64,000 nucleotides of DNA from contig CM060732.1 in the NCBI GenBank assembly GCA_030704615.1, forward strand, positions 75,950,001-76,014,000, read 5' to 3'. The stretch's first letter is position 1. Every line of letters begins with the position of its first letter. Shown here in pieces: positions 25,098-36,859 of the stretch. The position numbers were made by a program, and so were the translations under genes. Below the pieces are notes generated by a model. That model searched no databases. It saw nothing but the letters and a program-made list of their open reading frames with translations, and had not been told where the DNA came from. Source of the DNA: Takakia lepidozioides. Its lineage: Eukaryota; Plantae; Bryophyta.

Positions 25098-26173
25098 ATT
25101 AGATATGCTGCGGATGCGTTGCCTGTCCAAGAGATGGAACGCACTCATAGTTTCGCAGAGCTGCGGACCAAACTTCCCACAAGCGCCGCCTTCATCGGAC
25201 AAGGCTTTTCTGGTTTGTTTTTCCTGCTTGAATGACCGAAAAGTTCTTGTGGCGTACAATCCCAAGCAGCAAACATGGCACAAGTCCGATCTCACTTTTC
25301 TTGATCCTGGGGATGTCGGATATCGTATGGTGGCTGCAGCAGGAGGATTGGTTTGCCTGATGCAAGAGAGGAAGCTCCAGCAGTCTGAGCCGCACGGTGT
25401 ACTCACGGTGCTTAATCCGTTCACAAGGTCATGGCGGAAGTTGCCTCCTTTGAAATGTGGGTGGCCCCTCCTCCAGTTAGCGATGTGCTATGATAGTCAA
25501 CATCTTTAAAGTTCTTGCCACATCGGGCGAATCTAAGACGATGGATGTGCTTGAGCATGCCACGCAGATCTTTGACTCGTTCTTAGATTCCTGGAGGTCG
25601 ACCTCGAGAGTAATTCCCGATTTGTTCGCTTCTGGCATCCACTGTAATGGAGGTATGTATTTCCTGAACGAGGGTACCTGGAACATATTGGTTTCCTACG
25701 ATTTTTCTCAAGAAATTTGGAATGAGTTCTTCGTACCTGTACATTCATGATGCTCACATCAATGCGACTCTTATTGTACGGAAAGGGCAGCTTTTTCAGG
25801 TCAGTGCAGATCGCATGGGGGTGCCGGGTTATGTTGACTTCTGTCGTCTCTGGACAACGAAACAGAAGTGGGTGCACGTGAGAGGAACAACGCTCGAAGG
25901 ATTTACTGAGATCCTTCTGAACTGTTCTTTTGGTTATCGAAGCTTCAATCGTGCATGTGTGGGGCAATGAGATAATGTCTATTTGGTAGGCTTCCAAGAT
26001 GGTGTTGTTTCTGGGTTGGTATATATCTTCGACAAGAACTCTTGGTAGGAGCTCAGCAATCTTACCATACTTGGATTGGAGTAAATTTTTTGTGTTTGAG
26101 CCCTCGTTCAGTGACTCAGTCTGGCCAGGAAAGCCTAGCGACTAGAAGGCTAACACGAAAGGACGCCCAAACG

Positions 26174-29100
26174 TGTTGGAGGGAAGGAGGCCTTGACCAG
26201 CAACACTGACGCTGCTGATCTAACTTCTATTTGCTCATGACCGTCTATATCCGAGTTTTTTTTTTGGCAGCTAAATTAGCAAACTGTGTGTTGATCGCCC
26301 AAATGTGATGAGATGCATACTGACTGTACTCGTTTTGCTCGTCAACCTTTTGAGTTTGGTTGCATGCATATTGTCCCAAAAGCTCATGACAATGCGCTGC
26401 ACACCTCAAACGCTTTATATCATGAATGCATACGTATTGGATCCATTTCAATGTGATCCAACACATGCCTATTATCAGAACAAAGGGGAGTCTGCTTTGC
26501 AATTGACTTATGTGGTGGAAATCGCCTCAAAATGAGCAGTTGACATTTGCTGGCAACTTGCTTCCAGTCAGACTCGGGGCAACGTCTAAGTTGGATGTAC
26601 CGGAGCAAAGAGAAGTTATATAAATGTTGAGGCTCTGAAAAGTTATGAGAGAGTTTGTTGTGCGAAAATATGGGTGGTGGATTCAAGTAGTACGTTCTAG
26701 CAACCATTGCATACCCACCTGTGAGTCTCTTGCCTATGATCCTTTCACCCTTTGTCGTCTAACTCATCCCTCTGTCGGGCTATTAGGCATTCAATGCCTT
26801 GGGTATCTCGACGGCGCCGTTATACCAGTATGTACTGACCTTGCATGCTTTAGGTGTACGTGGCTGCATCTTAGTCTGTCCTACTTATGGTGCCAAAGGA
26901 ACTCAGGAACTCAGGGGGATGCTACTGTGAGCACGACGGTCCCTTATCTGCTGCATGATGTAAGAGCTCTCGCATGAACCAAACGAGAAGACGCGGCCTT
27001 GGCTATGGAACACACCCCAGACATATTAAAAGCAACTTCAGTACCCACTCACAACTACCAAGTATGCACGCACTTGGAAAGACTTTTAATACACAGAACA
27101 AAGGGTACTTGGAATACCCAGCAGCATGTATATTAAACGCAACAAGGATCACTGATCCTTACAAGGTCCTTAGGCAAGGACATGCACTCTTCTACAGCTT
27201 GGAGAGACACATTGCACTCACTCAGTCCACTTATGAAGCTCAGCTAGCCACAGGACAAGAGAGAGTGACCAGACTACATCACCAGCCTTAGTGCTACAGG
27301 AATTGGGCAGGAGCCTCGCTCTCATGATGGGTTCCTGTAGCCGCCCTGAATCAAACTGAGCCTGGCTGTCCCGCGGTGGTGGGTGCAGGCACTTCATGCC
27401 GTATAGCCGCGGTAGCTATTTCTGATACTCCCACTCGGGATGAAGTGCCTTCTTCGGATTTGATGCGAACTTCGGTAAGGCCAAGCATTGACTTGAGACG
27501 TTCGAAGCGAGGACGCTGCAGTGGCTTGGTTAGTATATCAACCAACTGGTTGTCTACATGAACATACTCCAGGCGGATAGTGCCCCTGATGTATTCCTCT
27601 CGAATCTTGTGATATTGAACGTCGATGTGCTTAGTCCTGCTGCGAAATTTTGGGTTTCGAACTAAACGGATGACGGCTTGATTGTCGCATAGCAAAGCAG
27701 TCGGTCCTCGCTGCGGATAGTCGAGATCGGAGAAGCTGGCGCATCCATACTATCTCCTTGGTCGCTGGGTATGCGGCAATATATTCGGCCTCTGTGGTGG
27801 TTGTTGCTGTGCATCCCTGCTTCTTGCTACCCCATGCAACGGGTCCACCATTTAGCATGAGAACGAAGCCCGTTCTAGACTTCATGTCATCCAAGTCGCC
27901 GGCATAATCAGCATCGCTGTAGGCCACCAGCTGGTTGGCGGTGTTGTCGTTCGGGGCAGAGTATGTGATGCGGATGTCTAAGTGGCCATGAAGATACTTG
28001 AGCAGGCGCTTGGCGCCGTTCACATGTGGTGTCTTGGGATTCTGGACAAACTGAGCAATCTTGCTTGTCGCGAAGCTGACATCTAGACGGGTACCTGTGC
28101 TTGCAAACAGGACGCTACCAACTACTAGACGGTAGGGAAAACTAGTATTGACTTCATCATCGGTTGTAGAGAAGTACTCAAGGGTGCTACAGGGGTCAGC
28201 TGGCAAAGATATGGGGGCAGCATCTAGAAAGCCATATTTGGCGAGAAATTTGTCGACATAACGAGACTGATCAATCTGTATAGTGCGACGTGCCCTATCA
28301 CGTGTTATCCGCAGCCCTACATATATCTCGGGACTGGACGTTGTGATCTTAAAAGCCTTCCCCATAAATCCGATTATGGTGATGACTCCCATCGTGGTAA
28401 CGTTACAAAGAATACCATCGTCCACAAAGATCATAAGGATCAGCCTAGGGTTGTTGGTGCTACCGTAAACACACGCATCTGCAGACGTCTGGACTAGACT
28501 GTACTTGGTGAGAAAATCATTAAAATGTTGGTTCCAAACTCTACTGGACTGTTTTAGACCGTATAGAGCTTTCTGCAACTTATAGACTTTGCCTGCGGGG
28601 AAAAGATCCTCGAAGCTGATCGGAGGAGCCATGTAGATTTCTTCTGTAATCTCCCCATGCAGGAAAGCTGCAGTGACATCAAACTGGGTCATCTCCAGAT
28701 CTTCTGCGGCAACGATCGATAGTACAGCACGAATCGAGTCGAATTTAACCACCGGACTGAAGGTTTCGTCATAGTCAACCCCTTCTTGTTGTGTAAACCC
28801 TTTCGCCACGTGCCTTGCTTTGTATCGCTTGATGTCTCCTTGCAGATTGTGTTTCAATTTGAACAGTGCCCACTTGTTCTTGACGAGGTTTTTCCCGGCT
28901 GGGAGATCACAAACCGTCCAGGTGTTGTTCTCGATGAGTGCATCATACTCAAACTGCATTGTTGCACTCCAATTGCTGGACTGTGGCGAATTATGTGCTT
29001 CTTGCACTGTGAGTGGCTCCTGGAGTTCGGCTGTAGCTGTGCTCGTGCCACGTACGCCCAGTCGCCATACCTATTGACGGGCTTTCGCTCTCTGCCGCTG

Positions 29101-31499
29101 TATGGATTTAGTGGAGGTGCTGCTCCCACTGGTTCAAATGCCTGTGGTGTACCGTCTGGCTGGACTCCCACTGGCACGATAGCTGGTGATATCTCCTGTA
29201 TGCGCTGCACTCCCACTGATTGCAGTGCAGGCTGGGGTGCGGCTGTACTGATGTGGAACTGTTGATCGACGGTGGAAAGATAAGGGGACTCCATCATTAG
29301 ATCTTCCCACGATGCCAATGTATCGTCTGTGGATCCATCGGGCTGATCAGTGTAGGCGTCACTCCCAGAATTCAGGTGTGCTACCTGATTGCCATTGCTC
29401 TGCTCATCTTGTGAACTGTAGTCACTGCCTGACAAGGTAGTTGGAAGATCTACCGGAGTTGATATCGGATCGGGGGTGGAGTAGATGACGATTGCTCTTG
29501 CGCTGTCTGGTTCCTTGGATAGCCAGCAAGACGATGTCATCGCGCTTGCCTTGTGATTTCCTTCTGTCTTGATCACTGGCAACTGTGTTCAATGAGCCCT
29601 CGTTGAAGATCACATCTCTGCTCTCCATGATCTTCTGTGTGTCGTTATTCCAGATTCGATAAGCTTTGCTCGTGCTGCTATACCCCATAAAGATGCCTGG
29701 CTTGGCTTTGGGGTCTAGCTTCTTCCGAAGCTTGCTGGGCACGTGAACGTAGGCATCTGAACCGAAAACCTTCATGTGCGCAACTGATGGCTTGACTCCA
29801 TGCCAGCTCTCGAAAGGCGTCAGACCAGGTAGTGTACTAGTACCTGTGCGGTTCAGTGTGTAAACGACAGTAGCGACTGCTTCGCCCCAAAATCGCAGAT
29901 GAATATCCGCAGAATATATCATGCTTCTTGCTGCCTCCACTACGGTTCTGTTCTCCCTCTCAGCAGATCCATTCTGCTCCGGTGTATAGGGGCAGGTGAG
30001 CTGTACTTCGATGTTCTTGTCTTCCAAGAACTTGTTCACGGCCTTGCATGCGAACTCGCCACCACGGTCGGATCGTAGTACTCGTATATCGAACCCTGTT
30101 TCTCTGTGCAGAGTTGCAGCGAACTTCTTCAAGCAAGAGAAAACATCAGACTTCTGCTTGATGATGTAGATGGTTCGATAATGCGAGTGGTCATCCTTGA
30201 ACAACACGAAATAAGACGCTCCAGCTACTGTCTTTTTGTTCATGGGTCCACATACATCCGCATGTATGATGCCGCCAATTGTGGCTGCATACACCCGATC
30301 TTCCTTTAGCGGAAAGGGTGCGCGATGAATCTTGCCGAGTACGCATCCAACGCAGAAGCTTGGGTATTGAGTATTGCCGCTCAGCTGCAAACCTTCGACA
30401 AGGTTCTCTGAGACCATTGACCTGATCTGGGCATGGTTCAGGTGGGCACAATCGCTGATGCCAGACGTAGATGTTCTGCGTGCCGCTCTTCTGGGTTTCC
30501 GTTCCAAAGGTGTTGGCAACGTATACTCCAGGGACTGGGACCACAGTCTCGATAAACAGCTTGTACATAGTACCTTCGACGACTCCAGATATGCTCCGGT
30601 CTCTCCGTCTAGAACGAGCTTGCATCCAGACTTGAAGTGTACAGTGTCTATGTTTAACAATGCTGCCTTATAGACAGAAAACAAGTTTCTGCCTATGCCT
30701 GGTACATGCATGACATTGTTCAATACTGCTGGCTCCCACGTCTTGCCGTTAAAAGTGCATATGCTAATGGTCCCAATACCATACACGAGCAGGTTTTTGC
30801 CGCCAATACCTTGTACGTGTCTTTGCTCTTCAGAGATGTCTCTGTATTGGGTGAACCAATAGCGCTTCTCCGTCATGTGGTCAGTACATCCGCTATCGGC
30901 GATCCAAGCATCGCCACTGTCTGTGGCAACTCCGGCGGATGTCATGTATGCGCGATGGGAGTTCTTGGAGTCTTTGCTGGCAGAGCCCTCCGTCGATGTG
31001 TTTGATGTCAGTTTCTTGTCTTTGTCTCCCTCGGTGCACTCGCGAGCCGAGTGTCCAGTCTTACCACACTTCCAACACTCTGTATTCTTCTTCTTGTCAT
31101 TCTTCTTCTTGTCATTGATGTCCTTGCGGCGCTACTGTCTTTCTTGATACGTCATGTTGGAGCGATCTCCTGCCGACTTCCTTTTGGCATTTGCGATGAA
31201 GGCAGAGGCAGGCGAACTTTGCTGCTCTCGTTCTTGAATATCTTTCTCCCGCATCTCCTCCCGAACCAAGCGAATCAGCAGATTGTTCAGCGTCGTCTCA
31301 ACTGCTGCGGTATTGTCCCAAGAAGAATGGAAGTAACTGTAGCAATCAAGAAGGTTTCCAAGGACTTTGGCCATGACATTTGTATTGGCTATGCTAGAAT
31401 CTCCTAGACGCGCTAGCTGTCTCTTTATAACTTCGACTTTACTGATGAATGTTGCTATGCTGTCACCTTGCTCAAACTTGCACTGATAAAACTTGACTT
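26174..31499 (-). mobile_element. Ty1/Copia retrotransposon 2, frameshifted gag-pol, 5' end missing
   Basis: Gag fragment, CWKCGKTGH knuckle, protease WIADSGCTDHM, integrase (IHADVCGP...RSDRGGEF...PEQNGSAERENRT), RT (YKARHVAKGFTQ...YGLKQSSR...FVDD), RNase H (YSDADY...TEAEY...DNQ...TKHIDVQYH). PPT complement CTCCCACT at 27428. The putative 3' LTR is ~26174-27427; its outer edge is uncertain because no second LTR is present to compare. Confidence 0.9.
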
Positions 31500-32499
31500 A
31501 ACAATATTTTAACTAATTATGGACTTTTGTTTGGTCCAGAAATAATATGAGAAATATGAATAAACAAACTTTATTATTGAAATAAAGCGATATATATGAT
31601 TATTTTGGTTATTTTATGCACAATATAATCCTCCAAACATTTTTTGGAGACAATATTATAAGTATGTATTGTGGTTTTAGAATAACATCCACTGCCAAGT
31701 TGACGTTCACAAAAAAAATAGGAGGATGCAATAAATTACACCATGATGTGAGGTCAGATATGTAAAACTTTTTGCACAAAATGGTTGCCATATCATATGA
31801 CATACAAAACCAAACATAGAACAATCATGGCATGTGATGAAGAGGATGCCATGAAAGAATGTGTCCGCATAAATTGATGATAAACATTCATATTTTATTA
31901 GAGATTGCAACTTTGGCGTTGCAGTCAGACATAATGTAACGTCAACTGTACATCCGTTGGACTTAATGTTATCCAGCGACTCGAAGCCATACAACGGCTT
32001 ACACTAACCCATTAATATTACAGAGCCTCCTCCCAAATGGCTCGCAGTCAAGGCATGTGTTCGAAAACGCCTCCGGTTACCACAACCACTTGCAACGGTC
32101 TCCGCACCAGATGAAACGGAAATACTTTCAGAGAACTCGAACCTAATAGTAACATTATCATCCGAAATGTTACTTGGAACTCTACTTGTTGAATCTCTTT
32201 GATGCCCTTGAAGCCTGCCGGGAAGCCCGCCATTCTTGCCAATCACGAAGCTCTTCTTATTCTTTTCGAATTTGCTCCTTGAATGTGACTGGGCAAAATA
32301 ATTTTTCATATGTCAAATGTCAGCTGAAATGTGGAACATTTGTAGAAAAAATGAGAAAGTCAAAGTGCAAGTGGAAGACACTTTTAAGATCAAATTCTCC
32401 ATAAACAACAAACAGTGGGATAAAGGTAATCAAGTTCATTTTGTTGTGGGATCCAAACACGAGGGTCAACATATCTTCCATACCAAGCCCAATAGGCAT

Positions 32500-33920
32500 G
32501 GTCACGACCAATAGGCTTACGAGAACACTTGGCAGGGTTCTCGCTGAAGTAATCTACGACTGTTGAAGCTGCAGCCATTTTCAATATATATGGCCACACA
32601 GCTTTTGTCATATCATCCTGGTCAACCAAGCCCTTTGGTGATGGCTTGTATGAAATAGAGAAGAATCCAGTATTTGGTGGGTTTCAGAGGCCCTTTGTCG
32701 GCTCATCATCGACAAGGAGTATTTGTCCCTACGTTGCAAAGGGTGTACCAGGGTACTTGGCAAGAACAGTGCGAATATCCTTAACGAGATATTTCATCCC
32801 AGCCATGATGTAACCGGTAGTGTCTTTGCAATCCTCAGCTGACCAAAGATGAACGTCGGCTGTCAAGTGGAGGTTAGTGGACGCACCTTGTCGGGAGGCG
32901 CATACAAGAAGTTATGCGGCTCCATACTCGCTTGTATAGAAATTACGGAGTTAGTTTGGGACAGAAAAACAAACTGCAAACGAAAGTGGAGAAATTGTTT
33001 TGAAATGTACCATTGAAGCCTTATTGGAATGTCTTGCAGAAGAACAGTGGATTCCCGGGCTTGGATTGACGAGGCCCCACAACATCCGAGGGAGTCCTCA
33101 AGTGTTTGGAGTCCGCTCTTTTTTTCTTGTCAGCCTTTTGTGCTTTGGAATAATTCCCTGCAGAGGAAGGAAATGGCTCGGGGGCTCTTTTTCGCCTCTT
33201 TGGTGGAGAACATTGTGCGAGCAGTTCAGGGTCACGCTGAGTCGATGTTGGAGATATTTTGCCATTGAACGACGGGAGAAGTGGAGGGGCAACAACAGGC
33301 AAGCACAGAAAATTGTCCCTTGAGCACTCGACATCCTGGATGGAAATAAAACTCAATGAAGGAATAATTTACCTCGGAACTGCATTCCAATGCAGACGTC
33401 ATTTGACATGAAGGTCATAATCTGCAGATTTTCTTACCTGGAGCGACAGATGAATATCAAACCCCAAACTAAGTGAAACTAGGAGAATGAGCAAAGAGCG
33501 AGAAATGAGTTTAAGTCACCTGACTCCTGCGGATTTGGGCTGTCCAACCCTCGTGCTGGGGAGATATGTCAGGAAGAGACGGAAGCAGGTGCAGCGGAGC
33601 CGTAGCCGAGTCCCCGACGGTTGGATAGACCAGACCCTGCGTACTGAACAAGGAGGGTGAGGAATGTTCAGAAAGGTCGATAAAGTCTCCGGGATATTTG
33701 TGTTCTTCACCTTCACCTTGGACTTTATCCGCAGGAGGACCCAAGAGGAGAAGAGTGTCGCCCGCTTCCCGGAAGGACAAGGGTCTGACAGAGGATCCAT
33801 CCTCAATTTGAGCACCATCGTGAACCCTCGGAAAGCCTTCAATACTCCGACTCACTGCTGATCCGGAGGGTTCCTTTAGGGGACTTGAGGAACCGATGAC
33901 GTTGTCAGCATCTCCTTGAA
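32500..33920 (-). pseudogene. Cargo: third FCP1/NIF-like HAD domain (degraded) plus upstream low-complexity linker exons
   Basis: Minus-strand translation ~32880-32520: HLWSAEDCKDTTGY...KYLVKDIRTVLAKYP...ILLVDDEPTKGL*NPPNTG...DDMTKAVWPYILKM. This matches the xLLxDDxxxKxxxNP motif of the other two HAD copies. Contains in-frame stops. Confidence 0.55.
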
Positions 33921-34088
33921 CCTGCCAAAGAGACATAATCATAAATCCGGGAATGCACGAATGCAAACCTCCACTGAACAATGGAGGTCACTAGATATAG
34001 TCTTGTCCCCGTATGAAGGCCTGTATCAGAGTCTTGGGATTGCCCGAAATGTGCGTCAAGAATTCAACTGAAAATGAGTCGAAATGAG

Positions 34089-34209
34089 TATGTTCTCAAT
34101 CGCTCGGCGACACGCATGATCAACAATGCTACAACGTTTCAGATTTGGACGGGAACCAAGCCATCTATTGCTCCCTTGAAGATATTTGGTTGTGAAGGCT
34201 ATGTTCTTG
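34089..34209 (+). mobile_element. ~120-bp Copia integrase fragment used as filler at an inversion breakpoint
   Basis: Translates to YVLNRSATRMINNATTFQIWTGTKPSIAPLKIFGCEGYVLV (Copia IN C-terminal signature). Absent at the equivalent site of copy B. Confidence 0.75.
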
Positions 34210-35043
34210 TGCAAAATCTTGAAGCACTAGAAGAGCTACAATGTCCCCCGGTTTTCAGAATCGGACTACAGAATTCCAGCTCTTGTCGGATTCTGACTGG
34301 TCTTTAGACGAGAGAAATATCGCGAAGTGTGGACAGAGTTGCACAAACACTACCGGTTAGGGATTTGGAGCTCTATGATGTACAAGAACTTGTAGCCCAT
34401 CCTGGATTTTTTGCTTCGTGGTCTATCTCAACCGGCCTTCGTTATGTCTCAAGAGGATTGTATTTCATGTCCTACTTCGGTTCACCCTAAATTCAAATCA
34501 GGATTGGACCCTCCTCATTTGTTTTTGAAGCCACTGGTCAAGGTGTGGAAGGGATTTGGTGGGCAATACACTAAGAGTAACACTTTGCTCATTGACGACA
34601 CCGCCATGAAGTGTGTATTGATCCCGCCCGACTCATGTCTTGTTCTCAAACCGTTCCAGACCGTTGAGACTGATGGTTGCTATCTTCTCAAGGTTCTTCA
34701 GACCTATTTGCTTGGAATGAGGGAACATCCCACTGTTTCAAGCTATCTTAGGAAAAAAATGATAGGGTTGAGTTTTTTTTCCAATGTTTCAAACGATCCC
34801 AAGTTTAGCCCACTCTGGGATTTTATTGAGGACAACGGTTTTAAGAGTCTCAGATATGATGATTCAAAATAAATTATTTTTTATTAATCCCATCTCACTC
34901 GAGCTATTGAATATCTTCATGGTTTCTCTTTTTCATTTCCTTGTAATCACACACGTGAAAGACTCCATTCACGTCAAAAATAATCAAACGCAACCTTTGC
35001 GTAGGAGGAGAAACGGGTGCTCCAATCTGCCAGAGAGTCATTC
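34205..35043. pseudogene. Cargo: second FCP1/NIF-like HAD domain of copy A, broken by an internal inversion (34205-34958 flipped)
   Basis: 34411-34872(+) is near-identical in protein to 48761-49453(-) (NTLLIDDTAMKCVL.PP), while its N-terminus LIIFDVNGV stays on the minus strand at 34960-35043. Confidence 0.85.
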
Positions 35044-35206
35044 ATACTTAGGATGATAAAAGGGAACAGTACAATGCATTGGAAAAACCGACACCAGGAA
35101 AATGAACAAGAACGTCCACTGGACAGCCGAGGTTCACCAAACTCAGTTAAAATATTTTATGTCCCAATGCAGCGGCACGCAACTCGAGATTGCTAAGAAA
35201 CTTCTC

Positions 35207-36331
35207 TCACCTATAATCAAAGTCTCTAAGAAATTTGACCGATGGGTCGTCCTCGAAGAAATCCTTCGAAACGCCAAAAGGATGTAGGTCGTTGAACGGC
35301 ATGACATCCATCCCCGATAACCGGAACATGTTAAGGTGAGGCTTGAGCTCTTCCAGTAGAAATTTATCCCTGTCAGGGTCCACGTGCACCTTATATTTTG
35401 GAAGGAGGATGGTATGTCCTAACGGGTTCAAATAGGACTTGTACATATTGTCTACAGTGTCGATGAGGAGAGTATTGGATTTGTAAGCCGTCGGGTCTTC
35501 CTCAACGGAAATGTCGTAAAGACGTTTAAAGTAGATGGGATTTTTGGAAGCTTTGGGCCATTTTTCATTGAATGTCGATCTATGCATGACGGAATTCTCA
35601 CTGCTGTAAGTTCTGACCTGGGAATAGTACTTCCCGAACACGGCCTTGGCGATAGTCTCGACGTTCATTTCAGGTCCAGTGTTCCAAAAACAAACGGAAA
35701 ACATTTTGACGGCCCACTTAACGAATTCGTCAAGACCGTTTCGCGTAGCTAACTTGAATTTCCCTGCGGAGATACAAGGCTGGGTGGCAGGAGGTATTTT
35801 CTTTCCATCCTTTAGGAAAACCTCACAAAGGTAACCGATGTCCAGAACCAGGACGTAGTATCCTGGCCGACATCCGTTCGGTTCCCAAGGAAGGGAATGC
35901 AGATCGTTTGGATTGACAGAAAGGGAATAGTCGACTAGAGGGTAATGCATGTTGTCCTGTGGAATAACAAAAGAATTCATTATTAATTTCAATTTGAGAA
36001 ATCCCAAAGTAGACAAACGGAAGAATGGAGTTGAAATCATTACCGTTTTTGGAGTAGGCCGCTGAGATCCCTGGGCAGGCTGCTCCTCCTCTTTCCCATC
36101 TCTACGTCCAACGTTATCGTCCTTCTCTGTGGAGCCAGATGGCAACCTCGACTGTCCAGTGGATGTAACTTGTATGACCGGCTCAGATAGAGCGAAAGTA
36201 ATTGTTCGATCCACTCTTCTCTTCACCGTCTCAGTGTCGATAGAGTCGGTCCTTGTGTGTTTGATCTCCTCAGACGTCGTCTCACGCTTTAATCCTGTGT
36301 GTGTCATTTCCTCCGAATTGGATTCTTGGAT
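35207..36331 (-). CDS. Cargo: first FCP1/NIF-like (HAD superfamily) phosphatase-like domain, large exon
   Basis: 366-aa ORF with YVLVLDIGYLC...TRNGLDEFVKW...FSVCFWNT...YFKRL...SNTLLIDTVDNMYKSYLNP. An AG acceptor at 36332-33 joins in phase to an upstream exon ending at 36597. The DxDxT motif is degenerate. Confidence 0.65.
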   Translation of the reverse strand: MQESNSEEMTHTGLKRETTSEEIKHTRTDSIDTETVKRRVDRTITFALSEPVIQVTSTGQSRLPSGSTEKDDNVGRRDGKEEEQPAQGSQRPTPKTVMISTPFFRLSTLGFLKLKLIMNSFVIPQDNMHYPLVDYSLSVNPNDLHSLPWEPNGCRPGYYVLVLDIGYLCEVFLKDGKKIPPATQPCISAGKFKLATRNGLDEFVKWAVKMFSVCFWNTGPEMNVETIAKAVFGKYYSQVRTYSSENSVMHRSTFNEKWPKASKNPIYFKRLYDISVEEDPTAYKSNTLLIDTVDNMYKSYLNPLGHTILLPKYKVHVDPDRDKFLLEELKPHLNMFRLSGMDVMPFNDLHPFGVSKDFFEDDPSVKFLRDFDYR

Positions 36332-36859
36332 CTACAAGAAAAGTTATCCAAATCGGTTAGTGGCTGTCCACAAAGGTGTGCGAACGGAAATATGTATCCG
36401 GGTGGAAATATGTTTTATTCGGAAGTCCAGAAAGACGGATATGGGAAAAACATTGGGATATATATAATTATAATATTGTCATATGGAAATAACATTCGGA
36501 TTATTCCACTCACAAGTATGTATAATTACAATATTGTCATATTGTATTCAGAAGTGTGTACGAATAAACTTTCACTAATTGTCATTCGTTGCCTACATCC
36601 AGAACCAGATCATGGGTGACATTCTGGGACACCAGCTCACGACGATTGTTAACAGGATCCGGTGACATAATCAATGGCTCGTCACATTCCACAGGTGTGA
36701 ACCCTTGACTGAGGGTTTCAACTAACTCCGTGGATGTCGCTTCTTGTCCCTTTGGAGAAGCCGAATTCTTATTCGTGGTGTTATCGGAACTGGAGGAATA
36801 ACTGTCCAGATTGTGTACATCTTGTGGCGCAACGCGTTCTTGGGTATTTGGAGTACTAC

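Larger units (their letters stand above)
21862..26113 (+). pseudogene. F-box (kelch-like/FBA-associated) gene interrupted by a Copia element and carrying frameshifts
   Basis: DPRLWKMLPEDLLARVISKLPL (21862-21933) resumes after the insertion as LDMLRMRCLSKRWNALI...YNP...W...VAAAGGLVC...VLNPFTRSWRKLPP. Frame changes near 25500 and 25740 and later stop codons. Confidence 0.85.

Noticed and set aside
28283-31407. Plus-strand ORFs over Copia 2 and similar antisense ORFs elsewhere
   Set aside because: Shadow ORFs antisense to clear gag-pol, cargo or PPR coding sequence.
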